Assembly (NCBI GenBank): GCA_031553555.1
Contig: JAVBLL010000002.1
Span: forward strand, 17,738-81,737
DNA: 64,000 nt
Direction: 5' to 3'
Origin: Bacilli bacterium
GTDB lineage: Bacteria > Bacillota_I > Bacilli_A > ML615J-28 > CAG-698
Shown in pieces: positions 18,342-28,091 of the stretch. Made by a program: the position numbers and the translations under genes. The notes under the pieces are model-generated. The model was not told the DNA's origin and did no database searches. It saw only the letters and a program-made list of their open reading frames with translations. How positions within the stretch are numbered: position 1 is the first letter of the stretch; every line of letters begins with the position of its first letter.

Positions 18342-18821
18342 ATGATTTTGCCATATATTAAATTGAAATCATTAATCTTGATTGAACTTATTAAGAAGAA
18401 AGGGGTTAATAAGATTGAAGGGATTAATAAGGCAGGTGATTTCATGGAAATCCTGTGGGAATTATTTCAAAAATATGGTTGGCTTGCAGTAATTATTGTT
18501 TTAGTTGTTATTTTAACACAAATTGTTAAGAAACTTTTTTTGAATAAAATGGTAGCTGAGGTAGAAAAAAACGGCTTTGATAAATCGTTAATTACCAAAA
18601 ATTTTATGTATGTACCTTATATAATTTCCTTTATTTTGTCTTCACTATATCAGTTAATTGTATTAAAATTTAATTTTGTAAATTTTAATATACATAAGGT
18701 GATTAGTGATACAGTGATTATTGCTTTTGCATCCATTGGTTTATATGAACAAATAAAATTACAACTTGAAGCATATAAAATAAAAAAAACATTACAACAA
18801 AATGATGATAAAAGTGACTAA
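18342..18821 (+). CDS. small membrane protein, unknown function (start uncertain; likely internal ATG near 18444)
   Basis: Two or three predicted TM helices (WLAVIIVLVVILTQIV; YVPYIISFILSSLYQLIVL; VIIAFASIGLY) with no recognisable motif. Confidence 0.45.
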   Translation: MILPYIKLKSLILIELIKKKGVNKIEGINKAGDFMEILWELFQKYGWLAVIIVLVVILTQIVKKLFLNKMVAEVEKNGFDKSLITKNFMYVPYIISFILSSLYQLIVLKFNFVNFNIHKVISDTVIIAFASIGLYEQIKLQLEAYKIKKTLQQNDDKSD

Positions 18822-18823
18822 AA

Positions 18824-18860
18824 AAGAAGCGATAGTTGATTAGCTCAATTATCGCTTCTT
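18824..18860. terminator. bidirectional terminator between convergent genes
   Basis: 11-bp stem aagaagcgata/tatcgcttctt with an A-run before it and a T-rich stretch after it. Confidence 0.6.
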
Positions 18861-18872
18861 TGACTTTATTAT

Positions 18873-19892
18873 TTATTTAATAGGACGACCAACAAACTCA
18901 GATAATTTTTTGGCTTTGTTCATTAATTGTTCGAATTTAGCAATTTTTAGTGATTGCTGTCCATCGCTTAAGGCACATTCTGGGTGGTTGTGTACTTCAA
19001 TAATCAAACCATCAGCTCCAGCAACAATTGCTGATAAAGCTGATTGTTCAACTAATTCCCAGTGCCCTGTTGCATGTGAAGGATCGATAATAATTGGTAA
19101 ATGAGTTTTTTGCTTAATAATAGAGATAACTGAAAGATCCAATGTATTTCTCGTCATTGTTTCAAAAGTTCTAATGCCTCGTTCACATAAAATGACATTA
19201 GGATTTCCATTAGCTAGTATATATTCAGCACTCATAATCCATTCTTCAATTGTTGCTGATAAACCTCTTTTAAGTAGAATTGGTTTATTAGTTGCACCTA
19301 AGGCTTTTAATAAATTAAAGTTTTGCATATTACGGGCACCAACTTGTAAAATATCTACGTTTTCAACAAATTCATCTAATTGTTCAATAGACATAATTTC
19401 TGATACAATTGGTAAAGATGTTTTGCTACGCGCTTTTGTTAGAAGATTAATACCTTCACTTCCAAGTCCTTGAAAGACGTATGGGGATGTACGTGGTTTA
19501 TATGCACCACCGCGCAACATTTGTCCACCAGCATTTTTTACTCCCTCAGCTATTTCCATAATTTGCTCTTCATTTTCAACTGAACATGGCCCACCAATGA
19601 CAACAATAGGATTGTTTCCACCGATTTTGATGCCATTAACATCAACGACTGTATCCTCAGGGTGGAATTGACGACTGGCTTTTTTATATGGAACAGTAAT
19701 TCTAGTAATGTCTTTAACAAAACTATATGAACGAATTTTATCCATGTCAATAGAAGAGGTATCACCTATTAAACCGTATAAACCGACACTATCACTACTA
19801 GCATCAACGATTTTTATTCCTTTTGATTCAATTTCTTTTTTTAATATTTCAATCTCATTTTTTGGAGTATTTATATTAAATGTAATAATCAT
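18873..19892 (-). CDS. 3-deoxy-7-phosphoheptulonate (DAHP) synthase, type I-beta, with N-terminal ~70 aa ACT/ferredoxin-like regulatory domain
   Basis: The catalytic core (IGGPCSVE...KPRTSPY...DPSH) is KDSA/AroG-Ibeta-like. The N-terminal extension (MIITFNINTPKNEIEILKKEIESKGIKIV...) is not a chorismate mutase. Confidence 0.8.
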   Translation of the reverse strand: MIITFNINTPKNEIEILKKEIESKGIKIVDASSDSVGLYGLIGDTSSIDMDKIRSYSFVKDITRITVPYKKASRQFHPEDTVVDVNGIKIGGNNPIVVIGGPCSVENEEQIMEIAEGVKNAGGQMLRGGAYKPRTSPYVFQGLGSEGINLLTKARSKTSLPIVSEIMSIEQLDEFVENVDILQVGARNMQNFNLLKALGATNKPILLKRGLSATIEEWIMSAEYILANGNPNVILCERGIRTFETMTRNTLDLSVISIIKQKTHLPIIIDPSHATGHWELVEQSALSAIVAGADGLIIEVHNHPECALSDGQQSLKIAKFEQLMNKAKKLSEFVGRPIK

Positions 19893-19962
19893 ATTTTCAC
19901 CTTATTTCTTTGATATATTATATCATAATTTTTTTTTTTTGTTAATATGAAAACATTTTTTA

Positions 19963-19990
19963 TTGATATTTATAATTTTTATGTTATAAT
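19963..19990 (+). promoter_or_regulatory. sigma-A promoter with extended -10 for the AKR gene
   Basis: TTGATA - 16 nt - (TG)tTATAAT, then GAGGT RBS and the ATG at 20022. Confidence 0.6.
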
Positions 19991-20021
19991 GAATTATATT
20001 ATTATTAAGATGAGGTACATA

Positions 20022-21152
20022 ATGAAATATAATAAAATAGATAATCTAGGAATTAATGTGTCACTTTTAGGATTTGGTTGCATGCGCTTTCCAACTTTAT
20101 CTGATGGAAGTATCGATGAAGTAGAAACTGAGAAGATGGTTGATAAAGCGATTGCTGATGGAGTTAACTATATTGATACTGCTTATCCATATCATGGTGG
20201 AAAAAGCGAACCAATGGTAGGAAAAATAATTAAAAAATATCCACGCGATTCTTTTTACTTAGCTACTAAATTACCGTTATGGGCTTTTTCAACAAAAGAA
20301 GAAGCATATAAAATATTTTATGAACAACTGAAGAGATTACAAACTGATTATATTGATTTCTATTTATTGCATGCAATTAATAAGAAACGTTTTGATATAT
20401 GTAAAGATTTAGGTATTATCGAAATGTGTGAAGAACTTCAAAGAGAAGGAAAAATAAAATATTTAGGTTTTTCATTTCACGATGATTATCCAGTTTTTGA
20501 GGAAATCATCAATTATCGCAAATGGGATTTTTGTCAATTGCAATTAAATTATATGGATACGGAAACCCAACAAGGGATAAAAGGTTATTACTTAGCTGAA
20601 AAGTTAGGAGTGCCGGTTATTGTCATGGAACCAATTAAAGGAGGCTCTTTAGCAAAATTTCCAAGTGATGTTGAAGAGATTTTTTTGCGAGCAAATAAAG
20701 ACGCTAGCATGGCATCTTGGGCGATGCGATATGTAGGAAGTCTAGATAATGTTAAAGTCATTTTATCCGGAATGTCTACTTATGAACAAGTATTAGATAA
20801 TTTAAAAACATTTGAGTCATTCCAAAAATTAAGTAATTTTGAACAACAAGTTATCAGTGATGCTGTAAACAAAATAAAATCACGAGTTAAAAACAATTGC
20901 ACTGGATGTCGTTATTGCATGCCTTGTCCGTATGGAGTTAATATTCCAGAGATTTTTGATATATGGAATCGTCAATCAATGTATGATAATTATAATGTTG
21001 TTAGTTATGACTGGAGTGAATTAAAAGCGGAAGAAAAGCCTAATAACTGTGTAGAGTGTGGCGCATGTGAGGCGGCATGTCCCCAACACATTACAATTAT
21101 AGAAGATTTAAAAGAGGCTTATGAAAAATTAAAGGTTCTTGATAATAAATAA
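20022..21152 (+). CDS. aldo/keto reductase fused to C-terminal 4Fe-4S ferredoxin-type domain
   Basis: AKR motifs (GFGCMRF, IDTAYPYHGGKSE, LATKL) and C-terminal Cys clusters (CTGCRYCMPCP ... CVECGACEAACP). The ORF-track start at 19947 is an AT-rich N-terminal extension; the RBS supports 20022. Confidence 0.8.
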   Translation: MKYNKIDNLGINVSLLGFGCMRFPTLSDGSIDEVETEKMVDKAIADGVNYIDTAYPYHGGKSEPMVGKIIKKYPRDSFYLATKLPLWAFSTKEEAYKIFYEQLKRLQTDYIDFYLLHAINKKRFDICKDLGIIEMCEELQREGKIKYLGFSFHDDYPVFEEIINYRKWDFCQLQLNYMDTETQQGIKGYYLAEKLGVPVIVMEPIKGGSLAKFPSDVEEIFLRANKDASMASWAMRYVGSLDNVKVILSGMSTYEQVLDNLKTFESFQKLSNFEQQVISDAVNKIKSRVKNNCTGCRYCMPCPYGVNIPEIFDIWNRQSMYDNYNVVSYDWSELKAEEKPNNCVECGACEAACPQHITIIEDLKEAYEKLKVLDNK

Positions 21153-21154
21153 CA

Positions 21155-21197
21155 AAAAAGTAGAAAATCATAATATAGATTTTCTACTTTTTATTTT
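21155..21197 (+). terminator. intrinsic terminator
   Basis: Stem aaaaagtagaaaat/attttctacttttt followed by a T-run. Confidence 0.7.
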
Positions 21198-21232
21198 GCT
21201 AAATAATTATACAAATAGATTTTTCAGATTAT

Positions 21233-21260
21233 TGAAGAAATGTAGAAAACGTGGTATAAT
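21233..21260 (+). promoter_or_regulatory. sigma-A promoter (extended -10) for the ABC exporter operon
   Basis: TTGAAG - 16 nt - (TG)gTATAAT. Confidence 0.55.
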
Positions 21261-21288
21261 ATATAATAGTATTTTCTTAAGGTGTAAT

Positions 21289-23019
21289 ATGATAAAGTTA
21301 GCAAAGTATTTAAAACCATATCGAAAACAGGCTATTATTGGTCCCATTTTCAAATTAATTGAAGCTATTTTCGAACTCATTGTTCCTTTGGTTATGGCAA
21401 AAATTATTGACTATGGCATCAATGGTGAGGGTGGAACTGTTTATGTATGGAAAATGGGAATAGTCCTTGTTGTGTTGGCTGCTGTTGGCTTAGGATTTTC
21501 TTTGATATGTCAAACCCTGGCATCAATTGCTTCCCAGGGTTACGGTACAATTTTAAGAAACGAATTATATGAACATATAAATTCATTATCCTTTAAAGAA
21601 ATCGATAAGTTTGGTACTAACACTATGATAACTAGATTGACTAATGATGTGAATCAAATGCAGTTAGCGGTAGCTATGCTTATTCGTATTGCTGTAAGAG
21701 CGCCATTTTTAGTAATAGGCGCTACCATTTTAGCTTGTATCATTAATATATATATGGGATTGATTTTTTTGATTATTACTATTTTGATTTCAGTTATTTT
21801 ATATTTAATTATGAGTAAATCAGTTCCATATTATAAAAATGTTCAAGAGAGCTTGGATAATATTACAACAATTACTAATGAAACTATTGATGGCATTCGT
21901 GTCATTAGAGCATTTTCACAACAAGAAACAGAACAAAAACGCTTTGATGTAGCTTGTGAAGATTTTAAAAAAAATGTAGTAAAAGTTAATCGCATTTCTA
22001 GTCTACTTAACCCACTTACTTATCTTTTCATTAATATAGGAATCATTGCCTCTCTATGGTATGGTGGTCTCCTTGTTGATAATGGAACTTTAAGCCAAGG
22101 CGATATTACGGCCTTAGTTAATTATATGATGCAAATATTACTTGCTTTAATTGTTCTTGCAAATTTGATTGTCATATTTACAAAAGCATCATCATCAGCT
22201 CAAAGAATAAATGAAGTATTTGATGTTGCTTCTTCAATGGTTGAAGGAGAAAAGCAAGATGTTAATAATACCTCTGTAAAAATTGAATTCAAAGATGTTT
22301 CCTTTGCTTATAATCAAGATAGTCATGCGTTGGATAATATAACATTTAAGATGGATAAAGAATCCATTATTGGCATTATTGGTGGAACTGGCTCGGGAAA
22401 GTCAACCATTGCACAGCTTATTAGCCATGACTACATTGTTACTAATGGTCTTGTATTGCTTGATGACTATAATATTAATGACTATCAACAATCTTTTATA
22501 AAATCAATTATTAGTTATGTACCTCAAAAAAATATTTTGTTTAGTGGAACAATTAGAGACAATCTTTTATGGCGCGATTTATCAGCAACTGATGAAGAAT
22601 TATGGAATGTTTTAGAAATAGCTCAAGCAAAGGAGTTTGTTGAAAAATATGATGATGGTCTTGATCATATTATATCACAAAGTGGAAAGAACTTAAGTGG
22701 CGGACAAAAGCAGAGGTTATGTATTGCTAGAGCTTTAGTTGGTAATCCTAAGATTGTAATCTTAGACGATTCTTTTAGTGCTCTTGATTATAGAACAGAC
22801 GCTATGCTGCGCCATGCTTTAAGAGAAAAACTGAATGACACGAAGATTATTATGACATCACAACGAATTGCTACATTAATGCATTGTGATTTTATTATTT
22901 GTTTAGCAGATGGTAAAATTGCTGGTATTGGTAGCCATAATAATCTCCTTGAGACTTGTTCTGTATATCAAGAAATCTATCAGTCTCAATTTAAAAAGGA
23001 AGGTGAAAATAATGTTTGA
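21289..23019 (+). CDS. ABC transporter permease/ATP-binding protein (exporter, half-transporter 1)
   Basis: Six TM helices plus an NBD with Walker A GGTGSGKST, signature LSGGQKQR and Walker B ILDD. Start at the internal ATG (MIKLAKYLKP) with an AAGGTG RBS. Confidence 0.85.
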   Translation: MIKLAKYLKPYRKQAIIGPIFKLIEAIFELIVPLVMAKIIDYGINGEGGTVYVWKMGIVLVVLAAVGLGFSLICQTLASIASQGYGTILRNELYEHINSLSFKEIDKFGTNTMITRLTNDVNQMQLAVAMLIRIAVRAPFLVIGATILACIINIYMGLIFLIITILISVILYLIMSKSVPYYKNVQESLDNITTITNETIDGIRVIRAFSQQETEQKRFDVACEDFKKNVVKVNRISSLLNPLTYLFINIGIIASLWYGGLLVDNGTLSQGDITALVNYMMQILLALIVLANLIVIFTKASSSAQRINEVFDVASSMVEGEKQDVNNTSVKIEFKDVSFAYNQDSHALDNITFKMDKESIIGIIGGTGSGKSTIAQLISHDYIVTNGLVLLDDYNINDYQQSFIKSIISYVPQKNILFSGTIRDNLLWRDLSATDEELWNVLEIAQAKEFVEKYDDGLDHIISQSGKNLSGGQKQRLCIARALVGNPKIVILDDSFSALDYRTDAMLRHALREKLNDTKIIMTSQRIATLMHCDFIICLADGKIAGIGSHNNLLETCSVYQEIYQSQFKKEGENNV

Positions 23020-24766
23020 CACCTTTAAAAAATTATTAAAATATATTCGTCCATATATTTGGTTCTCAATTATTGCCTTAATACTAGCTATTATTAGTGT
23101 GGCATCAATGCTATATATACCAATAGTTATTGGGAAATGCGTTGATTTGATAGTTAAAATCAATGATGTTGATTTTGATGGGTTACTAAAATATATGATT
23201 ATTATAATTTCTGTTGCCGGTATTTATGGTATTTGTCAATGGTTATTACTGGTATGTATGCATTATATAAGTAATAGTATTACTAAAGACTTGCGTCTTG
23301 ATGTCTTTATCAAAATTAATCGTATGCCGCTAAAATATATTGATGTTCATAGCAAAGGAGATATGTTAGCTCGTACAGTCACGGATATTGAAAATGTTGC
23401 AACAGGTTTGCTTCAAGGGCTTATTCAGTTGTTTACGGGTATAGTGACAATTATTGGCACTTTAATATTTATGTTTACTATAAGCATTGCTCTAGCATTG
23501 CTTGTGATAGTTTTAACGCCATTATCTTTGTTTATGGCTGCGTTTATTGCTAAAAAAATTCATAGTATGTATAAGCAATATTCAAAGACAAATGGTGAAT
23601 TGACAGGGATTATTGATGAGTATATAAGTAATCAAAAAATCGTTAAAACTCTAAATTACGAAGAAAATGCACTTGGCAAGTTTAAAGATAAAAATGAAAT
23701 CTTATATAAAAATGGTGTAAAAGCTCAAATATTTTCTTCCTATATTAATCCAACAACTCGTTTTGTGAATTCAATTGTTTATGCATGTGTTGGTGTACTT
23801 GGTGCACTATTAGTAATTTATTATAAAAATAATGACGTCAATCATTTTTTTGCTCGTACAATTTTTACGGTTGGAACTTTGACAAGTTTTTTGAGTTATT
23901 CAACACAATATACAAAGCCTTTTAATGAAATCTCCAGTGTTATTAATGAATTACAAACTGCATCGGCTTCTTTAAAGAGAGTCATGGATTTGATAGAAGA
24001 AGAAAATATTATTGATAATGGTCAAATGTCAATTCATTCTGAAGGTAATGTTAATGTTAATAATGTATACTTTAGTTATCAATCAAATAAAAAGTTTATT
24101 GAAGATTTAAACATTACAGCTTATTCAGGTGAAAAGATTGCCATCGTCGGGCCAACAGGATGTGGTAAAACGACAATAATAAACTTGTTAATGCGTTTTT
24201 ATGAAATTGATAGTGGTGTTATTGCTTTAGATAATGTTAACATTATTGATTTACCATTAAGTGAACTTCGAAAAAATTATGGAATGGTATTACAGGACAC
24301 ATGGTTATTTAAAGGAACTATCCGTGACAACATTGCTTATGGGAGAATTGATGCATCTTTTGAAGATATTATTGTTGCTGCAAAACATGCTCATTGTCAT
24401 AATTTCATTATGCGTTTAGAAAAAGGCTATGACACAATTATTAGTAATAACGATGGTCTTTCAGAAGGTCAAAAACAATTGATATCAATTGCTAGAGTAA
24501 TGGTGTCCCTACCAACAATCTTAATCTTGGATGAAGCAACTTCAAGCATTGATACTTTAACTGAGATCAAAGTTCAAGCTGCCTTGCAAGACTTAATGAA
24601 AAATCATACAACATTTATCATTGCTCATCGTTTATCAACTATTAAAAGTTCTGATAAAATATTAGTTATGAAAGATGGCAAGATTATTGAATGTGATAAT
24701 CATGAAAATTTATTAATGAAAAAAGGCTTTTACTATAATCTATATAATAGCCAATTTCAAGAATAG
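23012..24766 (+). CDS. ABC transporter permease/ATP-binding protein (exporter, half-transporter 2)
   Basis: Start MFDTFKKLLKYIRP with an AAGGAAGG RBS. Walker A GPTGCGKTT, signature LSEGQKQL, Walker B ILDEATS. Overlaps the partner by 8 nt. Confidence 0.85.
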   Translation: MFDTFKKLLKYIRPYIWFSIIALILAIISVASMLYIPIVIGKCVDLIVKINDVDFDGLLKYMIIIISVAGIYGICQWLLLVCMHYISNSITKDLRLDVFIKINRMPLKYIDVHSKGDMLARTVTDIENVATGLLQGLIQLFTGIVTIIGTLIFMFTISIALALLVIVLTPLSLFMAAFIAKKIHSMYKQYSKTNGELTGIIDEYISNQKIVKTLNYEENALGKFKDKNEILYKNGVKAQIFSSYINPTTRFVNSIVYACVGVLGALLVIYYKNNDVNHFFARTIFTVGTLTSFLSYSTQYTKPFNEISSVINELQTASASLKRVMDLIEEENIIDNGQMSIHSEGNVNVNNVYFSYQSNKKFIEDLNITAYSGEKIAIVGPTGCGKTTIINLLMRFYEIDSGVIALDNVNIIDLPLSELRKNYGMVLQDTWLFKGTIRDNIAYGRIDASFEDIIVAAKHAHCHNFIMRLEKGYDTIISNNDGLSEGQKQLISIARVMVSLPTILILDEATSSIDTLTEIKVQAALQDLMKNHTTFIIAHRLSTIKSSDKILVMKDGKIIECDNHENLLMKKGFYYNLYNSQFQE

Positions 24767-24773
24767 GGGAAAT

Positions 24774-26279
24774 ATGCAAAAAGATTTAGAAATTTATTTA
24801 GAGTATCGCCGCAAAATTTTGGCGTATGCTTATGTTATGAATATTGTGAGCTGGGATTCAGCCACAATTTGTCCACGAGGCAGTTTTGACTATCGAGGGC
24901 AACAATTAGAAGTTATCGGTGAGGAACTATATAAATTACGAACATCTGATGCTTTTTGTCAAACTATTGAGAACTTATATAATAATTCAAAAAATTTAGA
25001 AGAGACTTTGGTTCATGAAATTGAAGTTATCCGTGAAGAAGTAATGCAAGTTAAAAAAATTCCAATGAATGAATTATTAGCTTATGAGAAGTTACTCAAT
25101 GATGTCCAAAATATTTGGATTGATGCTAAAAAGGAAAATGATTTTGAGAAATTTGCTCCTTATCTAAAAAAAATAGTTGATTACAAACGAAAAGAAGCAA
25201 AGTGGCTAGAAACTGACTCTCTAAAAGGTTATGATGTATTATTAAATAATTTTGAAAAAGGATATACTCAAAAAGAATATGATGAATTTTTTATATTGTT
25301 GAAAAAAGAATTAGTGCCTTTCATTCAGCAAGTTCTAAAAAAGAAAAATGACATTAATAATAATTTGAGAAACAAAAGTATAGCTAAAGACATTCAAAAA
25401 GAAATGACTAAATATTTAGGTGAAGTATTATGTTATGATTTTAAACATGGGTATGTTGCCGAATCAGAACATCCGTTTACTAATGGAACTAGTTCTAGTG
25501 ATGTAAGAATCACGGTTCATTATTACAAAGAACATTTTGAATATGCCATCTTTTCAGCAATTCATGAAATGGGACATGCTTTATATGAACAACAAGTGGA
25601 TAAAAAACTAGAAGGAACGTTTTGTGATGGAGGTGCTTCTATGGCCTTACATGAATCGCAATCACGTTTTTATGAAAATATTATTACTAGAAGTAAACCT
25701 TTTGTTGATACTCATTTTTCAAAATTCAAAGAAATATATCAAGAATCTTTTGATGATGTTACAGCAGATGATTTTTATACATTTATTAATACTGTAGAAG
25801 CATCTTTTATTAGAACAGAGGCTGATGAATTGACTTACCCTTTACATATTATGCTTAGATATGATATTGAAAAAGAATTGGTCAATGAAACATTAGAAAT
25901 CGATGATGTAGAAAAAGTTTGGAATGATAAATTCAAAGAATATTTCGGCATAGAAGTTACTAAAGCTAGTGAAGGGGTTTTACAAGATGTTCATTGGAGT
26001 AGTGGATTATTTGGTTATTTTCCAACATATGCTTTGGGTAGCGCTATTGCCAGTCAATTATTTTTTAAAATGAATAAAGATTTTAATGTCAATGATAGTC
26101 TTTTGAGCGGTAATACTAAAGAAATAAATTTATGGCTTAAAGAAAAAGTTCATAAACATGGTAGCTCAAAGTATCCAAAAGATATTTTGAAAATTGCATT
26201 AGGAGAAGAATTTAATCCTAAGTATTACATAGACTATTTAAAAAAGAAATATAGCCAGCTATATGGTATTAAATTATGA
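24774..26279 (+). CDS. M32-family carboxypeptidase (Taq-type)
   Basis: 501 aa with HEMGHALYE (HExxH) and the M32-typical N-terminal helical region. Confidence 0.8.
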   Translation: MQKDLEIYLEYRRKILAYAYVMNIVSWDSATICPRGSFDYRGQQLEVIGEELYKLRTSDAFCQTIENLYNNSKNLEETLVHEIEVIREEVMQVKKIPMNELLAYEKLLNDVQNIWIDAKKENDFEKFAPYLKKIVDYKRKEAKWLETDSLKGYDVLLNNFEKGYTQKEYDEFFILLKKELVPFIQQVLKKKNDINNNLRNKSIAKDIQKEMTKYLGEVLCYDFKHGYVAESEHPFTNGTSSSDVRITVHYYKEHFEYAIFSAIHEMGHALYEQQVDKKLEGTFCDGGASMALHESQSRFYENIITRSKPFVDTHFSKFKEIYQESFDDVTADDFYTFINTVEASFIRTEADELTYPLHIMLRYDIEKELVNETLEIDDVEKVWNDKFKEYFGIEVTKASEGVLQDVHWSSGLFGYFPTYALGSAIASQLFFKMNKDFNVNDSLLSGNTKEINLWLKEKVHKHGSSKYPKDILKIALGEEFNPKYYIDYLKKKYSQLYGIKL

Positions 26280-27004
26280 TAGTTGCCTTGGCATGTATCG
26301 AAGCAAAAAATAATGATATTAATCATAATTTGCAAATAATTTTAGAATGTATTGAGGCTAGTAGAGAAGTAGATATTATTTTCTTTGGGGAAGCAGTGTT
26401 AAATGGATTTGATAGTTTGAGTTTTAATTATCAAGAAGATTTAAAACAATCGCTAGCATTAAATAGCAAGGCTGTTACTAAAATCAAAGCTAAAGCTAAG
26501 GAATGTAATGTGTATGTCGGTGTTGGTCTTTACAAACAAGAAAAGGGAAATATCAGCGATTGCTATTTGATAATAGATAATAAAGGAATGATTGTTGCTG
26601 ATCATGATCGAACTTGTCCTTGTTGGAAAATAAATGACTTTGATAATTCCCATTATATTGAAGGCAATATTATGACAATTGTTGAAATATTCAATCGAAA
26701 ATTTGCTATAGCTATTTGCGGTGAATTATGGAATGAAAGTTATTTTAGTCAAATTAAAGAAAGCAATGCTGACTATGTCGTATGGCCATTATTTGTTCAA
26801 ATCAATATGGATGAATTCAATAAATCCATTAAGAAAGAATATTTAGATTTAATGATAAATTTAGATAAAAAACTCTTTATTATCAATTCTTTACACCAAG
26901 AAAAAAATAGTACAAATGGTGGTGCCGCTTATTTTGATGAGAGAGTAGTATATGAATTACCAATGCAAGAAGATAATATATTAGTGTTTAAATTAAAGAA
27001 ATAG
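26276..27004 (+). CDS. carbon-nitrogen hydrolase (nitrilase-superfamily) protein
   Basis: Glu in FFGEAVL, Lys, and Cys in AIAICGELW match the E-K-C triad spacing. Confidence 0.6.
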   Translation: MIVALACIEAKNNDINHNLQIILECIEASREVDIIFFGEAVLNGFDSLSFNYQEDLKQSLALNSKAVTKIKAKAKECNVYVGVGLYKQEKGNISDCYLIIDNKGMIVADHDRTCPCWKINDFDNSHYIEGNIMTIVEIFNRKFAIAICGELWNESYFSQIKESNADYVVWPLFVQINMDEFNKSIKKEYLDLMINLDKKLFIINSLHQEKNSTNGGAAYFDERVVYELPMQEDNILVFKLKK

Positions 27005-27016
27005 AAGGAGAAAAAA

Positions 27017-28090
27017 ATGTTTATAGATATATTAAAATCGCTCGTTATTCCAAGTAAAATGAAAAAATATCGTTATATGAGTTGTTTAATAGCAATGCTA
27101 ATTTTTATTGCTGCAATTTATTTGACGACTTTGCCATATGGCTCATTAATTAATAGAAAAAAAGAAACATATTTGCAGGAGAAAACTTATGTTTCTGCGT
27201 ACTATGACATGGGTGATGACCTTACTGAAGGTTACCAAAAGATAAAAGACGCCAATTATAAAGTGGTAGACGGAGTGATGGTATCAAGTAAAGAGACTAA
27301 TGAAAAAGAAGTTGTCAGTTATACGTATATGAAAAACGAAGAAGTTATTACCACCCACTTGGTTTTTGATATTACCAACTCAGTAACAACAGAACTTGAT
27401 GAGTTAAAAAAAGAATTTTTAGAACTACACCCTAGTTTTTCATCAGGTACAGCTATGCAAGTATCTCAACTAGTTTATATAAAATTATTAAAAGATAGTA
27501 CTTTAGATAAAAATGTTTTATTTACAGAATATAGTGGTTATGAACAAGAAAAAATTCAAGAAGAAATAGATAAAGTATCTAATTTCGATTTGTTTGGAAT
27601 AACTCACAACCCTAATGATTATTTAATTGGATTTTTCAAAGAATATATGATTAGTCAAATTCCATATGAGGAAAATGAAAAAATAATTTATCCATCTCTA
27701 ACTGCAAGTTATAGTAGTAATTCAGTGGAGATTGATTTTTCTGATATTACAAATGTTCATGATATTGGTCGTAAAGTTTGTAATGGATTATTTAATACTC
27801 TAAAAGCTAATGATAAAAACCAAAATTTATTACAAGCTTTAGGATATATTATATTGTATCCAACAGTTTTAATTATTTTAATGTGGTTTTCAATGCGTAA
27901 ACGTGGAAATCTAAAAACATTTAAAGAATATTATAATGTTGCATCAATTGCATCAATTGTTCCGACAATTATAACTTTTATTTTAGCATGGTTTATACCT
28001 GGTGCAGTTATGGCATATGGAATATTATTTAGCATAATGGTTTTATTTGCATACATTTCTATTAACTCAAAACCAGAATTAGGAGATTAA
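27017..28090 (+). CDS. membrane protein, unknown function
   Basis: One N-terminal TM helix, a ~230 aa extracytoplasmic region and three C-terminal TM helices. AGGAG RBS. Confidence 0.55.
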   Translation: MFIDILKSLVIPSKMKKYRYMSCLIAMLIFIAAIYLTTLPYGSLINRKKETYLQEKTYVSAYYDMGDDLTEGYQKIKDANYKVVDGVMVSSKETNEKEVVSYTYMKNEEVITTHLVFDITNSVTTELDELKKEFLELHPSFSSGTAMQVSQLVYIKLLKDSTLDKNVLFTEYSGYEQEKIQEEIDKVSNFDLFGITHNPNDYLIGFFKEYMISQIPYEENEKIIYPSLTASYSSNSVEIDFSDITNVHDIGRKVCNGLFNTLKANDKNQNLLQALGYIILYPTVLIILMWFSMRKRGNLKTFKEYYNVASIASIVPTIITFILAWFIPGAVMAYGILFSIMVLFAYISINSKPELGD

Positions 28091-28091
28091 A

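Noticed and set aside
19947-20021. N-terminal 25-codon extension of the AKR gene (MKTFFIDIYNFYVIMNYIIIKMRYI)
   Set aside because: The extension runs through the mapped -35/-10 promoter elements. The GAGGT RBS supports the ATG at 20022.
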